This document shows positions 53,778 to 62,606 of a stretch of 64,000 bases of DNA, in pieces. Below the pieces are notes generated by a model. That model saw only the letters and a program-made list of their open reading frames with translations, was not told the origin of the DNA and did no database searches. A program made the translations under genes and the position numbers. The stretch's first letter is position 1, and each line of letters begins with the position of its first letter. Source of the stretch: Alphaproteobacteria bacterium (GTDB lineage Bacteria > Pseudomonadota > Alphaproteobacteria > UBA9219); NCBI GenBank assembly GCA_031291395.1, contig JARLJD010000138.1, positions 3,860 to 67,859 on the forward strand, given 5' to 3'.

Positions 53778-54305
53778 TCACAAAATATGCCCTTCTTCCT
53801 CTTTCCTCTCCTTCTCAATCTTCTTCAAAATCATGTCGCGTTTCAGTTTGGAAAGATGGTCGATGAACAGCACGCCGTTCAGGTGGTCGATTTCGTGCTG
53901 GATGCACTGGCTCAGCAAATCTTCGGCTTCCAGTTCCTGCTTCTTTCCGCGCGGATCAAGATAGGTCATGCGAATGCGCTTGGGGCGTGTGACGTTGGCG
54001 TAATGCCCGGGAATGGACAGGCAGCCTTCGTTATAGGTAAAGGTCTCGACCGGATCGCTCCAGATCACTTCCGGATTGGCCATAAGCAAAGCGCCCTTGC
54101 CGTTGCGCTCCTCCGACACGTCGACCGCGATGATGCGTTCCAAAGAACCGACCTGATTGGCCGCAAGCCCGATGCCGTTGCCTTTGTACATCGTCTCAGC
54201 CAAATCTTCCATGAATTTGGCGACGCGCTTGTCAATATCCGTCACCGGCTGCGCGACTTGGCGCAGGACTTCGGCGGGGATGATGCGTATGGTGAGATGA
54301 GACAT
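53778..54305 (-). CDS. def: peptide deformylase Def
   Basis: 175 aa; [24 protein letters not shown] metal-binding motifs. Confidence 0.9.
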   Translation of the reverse strand: MSHLTIRIIPAEVLRQVAQPVTDIDKRVAKFMEDLAETMYKGNGIGLAANQVGSLERIIAVDVSEERNGKGALLMANPEVIWSDPVETFTYNEGCLSIPGHYANVTRPKRIRMTYLDPRGKKQELEAEDLLSQCIQHEIDHLNGVLFIDHLSKLKRDMILKKIEKERKEEEGHIL

Positions 54306-54402
54306 TGAAAACCTTTATTGGATTAGAATGGTTATAATATACGACAAGCGTTCTTCCGGCGAAAGGTCTGCCCCATTGAAAAAAGAGGTCGGAATAGAGA
54401 AG

Positions 54403-55605
54403 TCACGCCGCGTCATCTTTCTCAACCGAATCAACCACTTGCAACCCCCTCGGCCTCGTATCAATCGGATCAATCGCCTCCACCAGTTCCTTGCCCTCCT
54501 TATGCGCCCCAAAATCGCGCAAGCGCCGCGCCTTGCTTAGCACATTTCTCTCAAGGCTCCCGATCATGCGGTTATAGCTGTCGAGCGTGCCTGAAAGTTT
54601 TCTGCCCATATCGCACACATGATCGGTCATCGTCGTGATTGCCGCGTAAAGCTCCCCGCCCAGATCGCCGAGTTTTTGAGCGTTCTCGCGCAAATTTTCC
54701 TGCCGCCAGCTTAGCGCCACCGTGCGCAGCAGGGCGACCAAGGTCATCGGCGTCGCCAGCACGACGTTATGCGTCACGCCATATTCGATCAAATCAGGAT
54801 CGCAATCCAAAGCGCCCGCCAGAAAATGATCGCCCGGCACGAACAGCACCACGAAATCCGCCGAGCCGTCAATCTGATCCCAATAGGCTTTGGCGCTTAA
54901 AGCGCGGATATGCTCGCGCACCTGCCGCGCGTGTTTTTCCATCGCCGCGCGTTTGAAATCGTTGTCGTTGCTCTGCGCGCCGTCGAGGTAGGCGGCGAGC
55001 GGAACCTTGCTGTCGATAATCACACAGCGGTCGCCCGGCATCCGGATAACATAATCGGGGCGCAAAGCGCCGTCTTCGCCATTGATGTGATGCTGCGCGG
55101 AAAAATCGTTGGCATGTTCCGCCATGCCGGTCATTTCCAAAATGCGCCGCACCTGAATTTCCCCCCAGCGTCCCCGCGTGGTAGGCGTGCGCAAAGCCTG
55201 CAGCAGTTGCCCCGTTTCGTCGCGCAGCTTTTGCTGGGATTCGTTCGACAGCGAGACCGCCTGCATCAATTCCTTGTAAGCCCCGTGACGCGCGACTTCC
55301 AGTTCCTTAAGCTGCGCGTCCATCTTGCTCAGTGTTTCCTTAACAGGCTTGATCAGCTCATCGATCGCGACGGATTTTTTGTCGAGGGTCGCGGCCGCCG
55401 CCAGCTCACTCTGCTTCAATCGGCTTTCGGCCAGTTGCAGAAAGCTTTCGTGGCTCTGGCGCAACGTCTCGGCTGCGATCGAGCGGAACCTGTCCCCCCA
55501 TTGCGTCTCATTTCCTGCCCGTGCGCGCGTCGCCAGCCAAACGGCTGCAGCGCCGAAAATCAAGCCGAGGAACAAGGTGAGGATGAGATAACCTGTGATT
55601 TGCAT
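54403..55605 (-). CDS. rmuC: DNA recombination protein RmuC
   Basis: 400 aa; N-terminal TM helix, long coiled coil, C-terminal RmuC nuclease-like domain (DFVVLFVPGDHFLAGAL). Confidence 0.85.
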   Translation of the reverse strand: MQITGYLILTLFLGLIFGAAAVWLATRARAGNETQWGDRFRSIAAETLRQSHESFLQLAESRLKQSELAAAATLDKKSVAIDELIKPVKETLSKMDAQLKELEVARHGAYKELMQAVSLSNESQQKLRDETGQLLQALRTPTTRGRWGEIQVRRILEMTGMAEHANDFSAQHHINGEDGALRPDYVIRMPGDRCVIIDSKVPLAAYLDGAQSNDNDFKRAAMEKHARQVREHIRALSAKAYWDQIDGSADFVVLFVPGDHFLAGALDCDPDLIEYGVTHNVVLATPMTLVALLRTVALSWRQENLRENAQKLGDLGGELYAAITTMTDHVCDMGRKLSGTLDSYNRMIGSLERNVLSKARRLRDFGAHKEGKELVEAIDPIDTRPRGLQVVDSVEKDDAA

Positions 55606-56187
55606 GATTCACCGTTTGGGGAGGTCGAATCACGTTATAACCGATTCGAAGCAGGAAAGGCGAGGGGAGTGCGATAACGGGGCAAAATCAGAAATCGCAA
55701 TGACCACAGATGTTGGCTGAATGCCTTCTTTGCGGAGGAGGGGCTGTTCGCTTTATACACAGCTCACCAAACCACGAGCCGTACCCGATGAGGAAACTTC
55801 CGACAGGAGAGCCGAACGTCTTAATAAGGCCCGTGCCGTGGAGAAACCATCCCTACGCCTATCGAGAAATTCCGGCTCGTCAATGAAGAGAACAGTTGAA
55901 TTTATATGCAAATCAATATGTTGCAGGCATGATCTGCGGCGCCGGTTGCGGTCGAGACGGGGAAAGTTTTTAACTTTCTGCATCTTAACCTTGCATCAAG
56001 GTTTTTGTGGCAAGAATCGGAAGCTTTGTTTGCAGATCCTGCGTTATTTTCTTAACAATGCTGCAGCACAGCACGAATGATGGTTCTTGCGAAAGCGGAT
56101 TTCAGCGAGAGCGCCAAAGAAGAAAATCTACAACACGCATCGACAAGGCGCGTATCTTGAAGAGAAGACCCACAAAAGGAGACAAAC

Positions 56188-56625
56188 GTGAGTCAATTGT
56201 CCACCCTGAGAGTTCTGATTGCCGACGACCATTTTTTGATCCGGCAATTTGTCCGCAATACGCTGAAAGAATCGAAAATCGAGAACGTTCAGACGGCGGC
56301 TGACGGCAACGAGGCGATCGACCTTGTGCAAAAATCCCGTCAGGCAGGACAGCCTTACGACATCGTTTTCCTTGATTGGAACATGCCGACGATTTCCGGG
56401 CTTGAGGTTTTGAGTTATTTCCGCGCCAAGCCTGAATATGCGGACACGGCTTTCGTCATGTTGACTGCGGAATCCGAACAGCAAAACATCATGAAGGCGA
56501 TCAAGGCCGGTGCGACTTCTTACATCGTTAAGCCGGTTTCCCCCGCCGATCTCGGCAAGAAGTTGTTCGAAATCAACGAATGGCTTAAACGCAAGCGCCA
56601 GGTTTCCGGCGGCATTTTCGGTTAA
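56188..56625 (+). CDS. single-domain CheY-like response regulator (GTG start)
   Basis: 145 aa; VLIADDHFLIR, DIVFLDWNMP (phospho-acceptor Asp), TAES, KPV; no output domain. Confidence 0.8.
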   Translation: MSQLSTLRVLIADDHFLIRQFVRNTLKESKIENVQTAADGNEAIDLVQKSRQAGQPYDIVFLDWNMPTISGLEVLSYFRAKPEYADTAFVMLTAESEQQNIMKAIKAGATSYIVKPVSPADLGKKLFEINEWLKRKRQVSGGIFG

Positions 56626-56638
56626 GGGGATCTCCCGC

Positions 56639-57160
56639 ATGTCCCATCCGCAAAAACAGCTTTCCCTTGACGAGGTTCTGGCAAAGGATATCACCCTCGC
56701 CGTCATTCGCTCGCTGCGCGAGACTTTCGCCATCGACGTCATTGCGGGCGTCCCCGAATTCGGCGACGGCATGGTGTCTCTCGTCGGCGATATTTCCGGC
56801 ATCATCGGCATGGTGCAGAAGCAGCTTGAAGGCACGTTGCTGCTTTGCATGACGTTCGAGACGGTGCGCGACATATTGCCGCAAGTCGTCGGCAAATCTG
56901 TGACGGTAACGCATGAAATGGCGGTCGATGCCGTCGGCGAATTGACGAATATGATCTTCGGTCAGGTCAAAAACGAGCTGAACCAGCGTGAATATCAGAT
57001 CAAGCTAGGTATTCCTTGCGTCGTGACCGGTAAGGGGCACTTTGTCTGCCAGTTCCATCGCGGCAAATACATGATTATCCCGTTCCATCTTGATGGGCAG
57101 TTGTTTCAGGTCTACGTCGCTTTGCATGAGAAGCCTGCGGCGGTCGCCAGCGAGGATTAG
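56639..57160 (+). CDS. CheX/CheC-like phosphatase family protein (ORF begins at 56510)
   Basis: 173 aa; AVGELTNMIFGQV matches the E-x2-N CheC/CheX active-site motif; located between a CheY-like RR and an HPt kinase. Confidence 0.6.
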   Translation: MSHPQKQLSLDEVLAKDITLAVIRSLRETFAIDVIAGVPEFGDGMVSLVGDISGIIGMVQKQLEGTLLLCMTFETVRDILPQVVGKSVTVTHEMAVDAVGELTNMIFGQVKNELNQREYQIKLGIPCVVTGKGHFVCQFHRGKYMIIPFHLDGQLFQVYVALHEKPAAVASED

Positions 57161-57211
57161 CGGATCGCCTTACGGCTCGCCTGCCGCACATATTCAGATT
57201 GAAAGATTTTT

Positions 57212-58951
57212 ATGTCCGAAATGAGTGACCTGTCCACGATCATCGTCGAGGCGACGGCTCAGCCGAAACCGCCTGTGGGGCGTCGTCGTTCCGTCCTTAA
57301 CGCGGCGGCGCGTCAGGTGGACGTCCTGCATACCTCTCTTATGGGGATGACGGCGATTGTCATTGTCCTGATGCTGGCTGTCGCGCTGCCGGTTTTCGGT
57401 TATGCGCCGGTGACGGGCAAAGGCAGCTTTTACATTATCGCGGCGACGACGTTCGGCGGCATCGCGTATCTCTATTACCTTAACTACACGGTTTACAAGC
57501 TGGTCAGCGACCACGACCGCCTGAACGAGGTGCTTGTCAACAGTCTGGGGCAGGGCTTTCTGTCGTTCGGGCCGGACGGCGTATGCGACGATGTTTATTC
57601 GCAGGCGTGCCTCGATTTGCTGGAAGAGGCGCCGTCCGGCAAAAACATCATGGATGTGTTGCGCGTACCGGAAGAAGGACGCCAGGATTTCAGGGATTGG
57701 CTCGATGTATTGTTCATGCCCGATCATGCGCTTGGTTTTCAGGATGTCGTTAATTTTCTGCCGCAATTTTTTCCGCATCCCGAAAAGCGCCGCGTGACCC
57801 TCGTATACAGGCCGATTTATTCCAGACCCCGCGTTCTGGAACGTGTGGTTTTAATCGCGACCGACGAAACCGAAGAACATGAAGCGCAGCAATTGGCCAA
57901 GCAGCGGCAGGACTTTGCCGATATGATTTGCCGCATCTTCCGCGAGCGCAACCAGTTCTTGGCCACGATCACGCATGTGCGCACGTTTCTGGAGCAAGCG
58001 GCCATCCCCGTGTCGCGCGAGGAATCGACGTCGATCATGCGCCTGTTGCACACCTTGAAGGCGGCGGTGAAGCATTTTCATCTCAAAGACCTTGCCGAAA
58101 CGGTGCACACGCTGGAATCCGAATTGCGCAGCGAGGCCATAACCTCCGACGAACAGTTTATGCAGGTGATGGAGGCGGGACGCCGATGCATCGGCAAGGA
58201 ACTGTCCGACGTTCTTGAAAACATCAAGGATTTGATCGGGCAGGATTACGAACGGCGCGGCAATACGCACGAAATCGAGGAAAGCGCTTTGTACAGCTTT
58301 GCTCTGGTCATGGGCGTGGCGGGCGTCAAATCCGATGTCATTGATCACTATATGCGCTTTATCGTCGCGCGGCCGATCGAGGATTGCATCCGCCAGTTTG
58401 AGCGTGAATTGGTTGACCTTGCCGAAATTACCGGCAAACAGCTGAAGCCGGTCAGGTTTTGCGGCTCCAATCCGCCGATCCTTACGCGCAATTTTCAGGC
58501 GCTGCTTTTCTCCTTGACGCACATCTCCCGCAACATCATCGATCACGGCATCGAACCTGCCGTAACCAGATTGGCGCGCAACAAGGATCCCGCCGGATTG
58601 GTAACAGTTACCACCGATGTTGTGACAAGCGAGGGGAGCGATAAGAAATGGCTGGCGTTGTCGATTGCCGACGATGGCTGCGGCATCGATCCGGCGCGCG
58701 TACGCGCCAAACTTTCCGCCGTGTCGCCTAACGGCGCGTGGCGCGAACAGGACGATCACGCCGTGATCCAGAACGTTTTCTCGTTCGGTTTCTCAACCCG
58801 CGACTGCGCAACTGAGCTGTCGGGCCGCGGCGTTGGGATGGAAGTTGTCGAGCGCGAGGTTAAGGCCTTGGGCGGCACGATCGAGGTCTTCTCCGAACTT
58901 TATCGCGGAACCAGATTTGAAATACGGGTGCCGTATTCGCTGGAGGTTTAG
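57212..58951 (+). CDS. membrane-anchored CheA-like histidine kinase: 2 TM + putative PAS-like region + HPt (P1-like) + HATPase_c, no CheW-like P5 domain
   Basis: 579 aa; TM helices at residues ~45-100; IMRLLHTLKAAVKHFHL HPt histidine motif; C-terminal GRGVGMEVVEREVKALGGTIEV ATP-lid/G2 box, protein ends right after it. Confidence 0.7.
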   Translation: MSEMSDLSTIIVEATAQPKPPVGRRRSVLNAAARQVDVLHTSLMGMTAIVIVLMLAVALPVFGYAPVTGKGSFYIIAATTFGGIAYLYYLNYTVYKLVSDHDRLNEVLVNSLGQGFLSFGPDGVCDDVYSQACLDLLEEAPSGKNIMDVLRVPEEGRQDFRDWLDVLFMPDHALGFQDVVNFLPQFFPHPEKRRVTLVYRPIYSRPRVLERVVLIATDETEEHEAQQLAKQRQDFADMICRIFRERNQFLATITHVRTFLEQAAIPVSREESTSIMRLLHTLKAAVKHFHLKDLAETVHTLESELRSEAITSDEQFMQVMEAGRRCIGKELSDVLENIKDLIGQDYERRGNTHEIEESALYSFALVMGVAGVKSDVIDHYMRFIVARPIEDCIRQFERELVDLAEITGKQLKPVRFCGSNPPILTRNFQALLFSLTHISRNIIDHGIEPAVTRLARNKDPAGLVTVTTDVVTSEGSDKKWLALSIADDGCGIDPARVRAKLSAVSPNGAWREQDDHAVIQNVFSFGFSTRDCATELSGRGVGMEVVEREVKALGGTIEVFSELYRGTRFEIRVPYSLEV

Positions 58952-58974
58952 GAAAGAAATACGGCGCTTTTTTC

Positions 58975-59043
58975 GCAGGCACGGCTTCCAGCCGCGACCT
59001 TTTTGTGTTTGCGTCAACAGTCGCGGCTGGAAGCCGTGCCTGC
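58975..59043. terminator. long perfect inverted repeat (24-bp arms, 21-nt spacer) between the convergent HK and ABC genes; preceded by a conventional hairpin+T6 terminator at ~58931..58976
   Basis: gcaggcacggcttccagccgcgac ... gtcgcggctggaagccgtgcctgc; upstream gccgtattc...gaaatacggcgc tttttt. Confidence 0.5.
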
Positions 59044-59056
59044 GAGAGGATAAACT

Positions 59057-59989
59057 TCACCCCTCATCCTTCCCGCCAAATCTGTTCATATAATGGATAA
59101 AGGCGTCTTCCAAAGACGGTTCCGCCTTCGTCCATACCAACCCTTTCTTTCTGCAATAGGGCGCTAGCACAGCCTCCAGCGCCGCGCCGTCCGTGCCGCT
59201 GATATGAAGCGTTTCGCCGAAAGGGGCAATGGTTGCGACGGCGGGATTGTCTTCGATCTCGCGCATCAACTTGACGAGACCAGCGCCGCGCACCGTCCAT
59301 GTCGTCAGCCCCGCATGCGCCACAACTTCCTCCACCGTGCCTTCCACCATCAGATGCCCATAGGCGATGTAAAAAATGGCATGGCAACGTTCGGCCTCGT
59401 CCATGTAATGGGTGCTGACAAGAACGGTCAGGCCGCGATCCGCCAATTCGTGAATCCGATCCCAAAAATCGCGCCGCGCCTGAGGATCGACCCCCGCCGT
59501 GGGTTCGTCCAGCAGCAAAAGTTCAGGCTCATGCAAAATACAGGCCGCCAAAGCCAGCCGCTGTTTCCACCCTCCCGACAATCGTCCCGCCAGTTGCGTC
59601 CGGCGCGCGTCCAGATGCATGCTTTTCAGAACCTGTTCGATGCGCTCTTTAGGGTTGTTCAGATCGAACATTTCCGCGACGAAAGCGAGGTTTTCGTAAA
59701 CGCTCAGATCTTCCCAATAACTGAATTTCTGGGTCATATACCCCGTGCGGCGCTTGATCTTGTCCGATTCCGTCAGAAGATCGAGCCCCAGACAGGAGCC
59801 TTCGCCCGCGTCGGGCGTAAGCAGTCCGCAGATCATGCGGATGGTCGTGGTCTTGCCGCTGCCGTTCGGCCCCAGAAACCCATAAATTTTTCCGCGCGGC
59901 ACGCGCAGACTGACATGATCGACGACAGTCTTGTCCCCGTAACGTTTAGTCAAGCCGCGAACGTCTATGGCAAAGGCGGAATCGTTCAT
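59057..59989 (-). CDS. ABC transporter ATP-binding protein (ABC-2/DrrA-like)
   Basis: 310 aa; Walker A GPNGSGKTT, signature LSGGWKQR, Walker B LLLLDEPT; overlaps the HlyD-family gene by 4 bp. Confidence 0.85.
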   Translation of the reverse strand: MNDSAFAIDVRGLTKRYGDKTVVDHVSLRVPRGKIYGFLGPNGSGKTTTIRMICGLLTPDAGEGSCLGLDLLTESDKIKRRTGYMTQKFSYWEDLSVYENLAFVAEMFDLNNPKERIEQVLKSMHLDARRTQLAGRLSGGWKQRLALAACILHEPELLLLDEPTAGVDPQARRDFWDRIHELADRGLTVLVSTHYMDEAERCHAIFYIAYGHLMVEGTVEEVVAHAGLTTWTVRGAGLVKLMREIEDNPAVATIAPFGETLHISGTDGAALEAVLAPYCRKKGLVWTKAEPSLEDAFIHYMNRFGGKDEG

Positions 59990-60774
59990 GGCTGCGTGAG
60001 CGTAATATCGACCGGCAAGCCCGGGCGAAGGGCGGGATCGAAAACCTCCGGCTTCGCTTCAAGCATGAAGACCAGCTTGTCGCGCGATTCCACGCTGTAA
60101 ATAACCGGCGGCGAATATTCGCTTTGCGACGCGATATAGCTGATCTTCGCCTTGATCGAGGGCGCGCACCCGTCGCAATGCACAGCGATGACTTGGCCGA
60201 GCGGAAAGCGCGACAGCTCGGCCTGCGGAACGAAGAAACGGATTTTGACATTTTCCGGCGGCAACAAACTGACGATGGGATCGCCCTCTTTCACATATTC
60301 GCCGCTGCGATAATAGGTATCCTCAATGCGTCCCGCCGCTGGCGCGAGGGGTTCTGCTTCCTGAATTTGTTTTTTCATCTGAATGACTTTTTGTTCCGCC
60401 ATGTGAACAGCAGCTTCGTCCGATTCAAAAGAAGCTTTTTTAGCCTCCAGATCGGCCTTACTCATCCCTCCGGGATCGACCAGAGTCTTTGCGCGCCTAA
60501 ATTCGTCGCGCGCGGCCGCAAGGGCGGCTTTGGTCTGCGCGACCTCGTTCAGGTTCGAGGCCAGCGACGCGTTAAGGTTAGTAAGATCCAAAGCAAACAG
60601 CTTGTCGCCTTTAACGACCGACTGTCCCCGCGCAACGGACAAAACATCCAGAACGCCCGGCGTTGTCGGCGCGATGTAAACATATTCGCCTTCGACATAG
60701 CCGTTATAGGTTTTCTGTTCCGGCTGGCATCCGGCCAGAACGACAAGAAACAGGCAAAAGCCAAGGTTTTTCAT
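59986..60774 (-). CDS. HlyD-family periplasmic adaptor lipoprotein
   Basis: 262 aa; lipobox LAGC, biotinyl-lipoyl-like hairpin, coiled coil (LEAKKASFESDEAAVHMAEQK). Confidence 0.75.
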   Translation of the reverse strand: MKNLGFCLFLVVLAGCQPEQKTYNGYVEGEYVYIAPTTPGVLDVLSVARGQSVVKGDKLFALDLTNLNASLASNLNEVAQTKAALAAARDEFRRAKTLVDPGGMSKADLEAKKASFESDEAAVHMAEQKVIQMKKQIQEAEPLAPAAGRIEDTYYRSGEYVKEGDPIVSLLPPENVKIRFFVPQAELSRFPLGQVIAVHCDGCAPSIKAKISYIASQSEYSPPVIYSVESRDKLVFMLEAKPEVFDPALRPGLPVDITLTQP

Positions 60775-60863
60775 AAGTTCTCCAGATTAACCAAGGATAA
60801 CATATTGATTTCCAATCTTTCATGTTTTACGATGCCTCGCGATCTTCAGAATAGGAGCAATTT

Positions 60864-61490
60864 ATGAAAATGTCATTTTCTTTCAAGGCATGCCTTGGTT
60901 TAAGCCTTATTGTTTGTTGCCTCGTCTCGTACCCCGCGTTGGCCTTTGACTCGCTGTCCGGGAATTGGAGGGGCGGTTATCTCGGCCTCTCGGTTGGCAA
61001 CGCATCGGCGAGTTTCACCAATCAATCAGGCGTTTTGGGGCCGTCCGGCAGCGGCGATTCGCTCATCAGCGGCGGCGACATTGGCGTGAACTGGGAAACG
61101 AACCGGCTGGTATTTGGCATCGAAGGCGATGGCGCCGGACTTTTCATCAATTCGCAATCGAACGGAGTCGTCACCCACGAAACATGGATGGCGTCTATTC
61201 GTGGGCGCGCAGGGTACGATGTGGGGCGCCTTATGCCTTACTTCACATCGGGGGTGGCGTGGACCAATACCGTGTCGGAACTGCAGTCCGGCGCAAGGTC
61301 GCATGAGGATCTCGATGCCGGTCTTGCGATCGGCGGCGGCCTCGACCTTTCGCTTTCGCCGCGCGTGATCGGCCGCATCGAATATCTCCATGTCGACGTT
61401 CCCAATCAGACCGCAACGATTCAGGACACAGCCGTCACCGGCGGGTCGAGCAACGACATTGTGCGGGTCGGATTTAACTACAGGTTTTAA
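60864..61490 (+). CDS. small outer-membrane beta-barrel protein (Omp25/OmpA-beta-barrel/OmpW-like)
   Basis: 208 aa; signal peptide, alternating amphipathic strands, C-terminal ...RVGFNYRF aromatic terminus. Confidence 0.7.
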   Translation: MKMSFSFKACLGLSLIVCCLVSYPALAFDSLSGNWRGGYLGLSVGNASASFTNQSGVLGPSGSGDSLISGGDIGVNWETNRLVFGIEGDGAGLFINSQSNGVVTHETWMASIRGRAGYDVGRLMPYFTSGVAWTNTVSELQSGARSHEDLDAGLAIGGGLDLSLSPRVIGRIEYLHVDVPNQTATIQDTAVTGGSSNDIVRVGFNYRF

Positions 61491-61629
61491 GCAACAAGCC
61501 GCTAAAGCTTTTGCCCTGAAAGGGCTTTCCAAAAATCTCGACTTTGATTTACGTTCTGCTATAAAGACCAGCCTTTGGAATTGGCTGTAGAGAAAGCACA
61601 AGGAAATTTCTATAACAATTTCAATGACC

Positions 61630-61719
61630 GGAGAGGTGGCAGAGCGGTCGAATGCGGCGGTCTCGAAAACCGTTATAGGTCTATGCCTATCAAGGGTTCG
61701 AATCCCTTCCTCTCCGCCA
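61630..61719 (+). tRNA. tRNA-Ser (anticodon CGA), class II with long variable arm
   Basis: 7-bp acceptor stem ggagagg/cctctcc, D loop agcggtcgaa, anticodon loop ctCGAaa, 5-bp variable-arm stem atagg/cctat, T loop ttcgaat, discriminator g + CCA. Confidence 0.85.
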
Positions 61720-61721
61720 GC

Positions 61722-61748
61722 CCTATCCAAAATGGATAGGCTGTTTTT
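61722..61748 (+). terminator. intrinsic terminator after tRNA-Ser (cctatcca-aaa-tggatagg + ctgttttt)
   Basis: perfect 8-bp stem, 3-nt loop, T-tract. Confidence 0.6.
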
Positions 61749-62328
61749 GGAAAACGACTTTGTAAAACGTATGCTCATGTCGAAACGGTGTTTCGTCCAC
61801 CCTGCTTTCTTCTTTTCCTAACAAGATTATTTGAGCACCATTTCTTTTCAATACATCTTTCAAGTGTTCCCGCGATTCTTGATGAAATGTCGTTTTTTTG
61901 TCCAGATCCTCAATCCTTATATCGAAACCCACTACTCCGATGCCCCCTGTTTCTAAGACTCTGATAAACTCAGGAATGCTTTTATTAATGTCAGTGTAAA
62001 ACAGGGTATTTATGGAAAAAACCACATGAAAAGATTCATCCTTATATGGCAAGGCTTCAGCATCGCCCATTGTGAAATTCAGGTTTGGAAAGGTTGTCTT
62101 CGCTGCTTGAATAAATCCTCCATCAACATCAACGCCTTCTGCCTTAAATCCTAGTTTCGTAAAATTGACCACTTCAATTCCTTCTGCGCATCCCACATCA
62201 AGGAGCTTCTTGCCGTCAGTTTCTGCATGTACTTGTTTGATCAATTCAAAATACTGCCCAGCAGGAGAAACACGCTTGACCCAATGTTTGCTTGCATCGG
62301 CAACACCTAAATAATCAGATTTATCCAT
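61723..62328 (-). CDS. class I SAM-dependent methyltransferase in a low-GC islet; C-terminal codons overlap the tRNA terminator hairpin (ORF extends to 62400)
   Basis: KKLLDVGCAEGIEVVNF motif I, VVFSINTLFY, LETGGIGV; coding sequence roughly 40% GC against a ~60% GC background. Confidence 0.7.
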   Translation of the reverse strand: MDKSDYLGVADASKHWVKRVSPAGQYFELIKQVHAETDGKKLLDVGCAEGIEVVNFTKLGFKAEGVDVDGGFIQAAKTTFPNLNFTMGDAEALPYKDESFHVVFSINTLFYTDINKSIPEFIRVLETGGIGVVGFDIRIEDLDKKTTFHQESREHLKDVLKRNGAQIILLGKEESRVDETPFRHEHTFYKVVFQKQPIHFG

Positions 62329-62606
62329 CGTTGCATTCTTTCCGTTTGTGATCAGAATTAATTCCTGTTGTAACAGGAAGGGGTGTGAGCTGCCCCCCAA
62401 AATTTAGACCAGTGATATAAGGTCCCTAAACGAGTACGGAATGGGAACGAAAATGACTGGAATAAGGAAGAACCGCGCGAAGGCGCGTTTGTCGCACGGC
62501 GATGCCGTCCTGCCGGGGCTAGCAATAGAAGCGGCGCTTTGCGGCCCCGCGAAAATGGATGAAGCGATTGATTTAGGACTTGACTCAAACCGTCCCATAT
62601 AAGGTT

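Noticed and set aside
57851-58759. 302-aa minus-strand ORF inside the histidine kinase gene
   Set aside because: Antisense shadow ORF. The plus frame has HPt and HATPase motifs.
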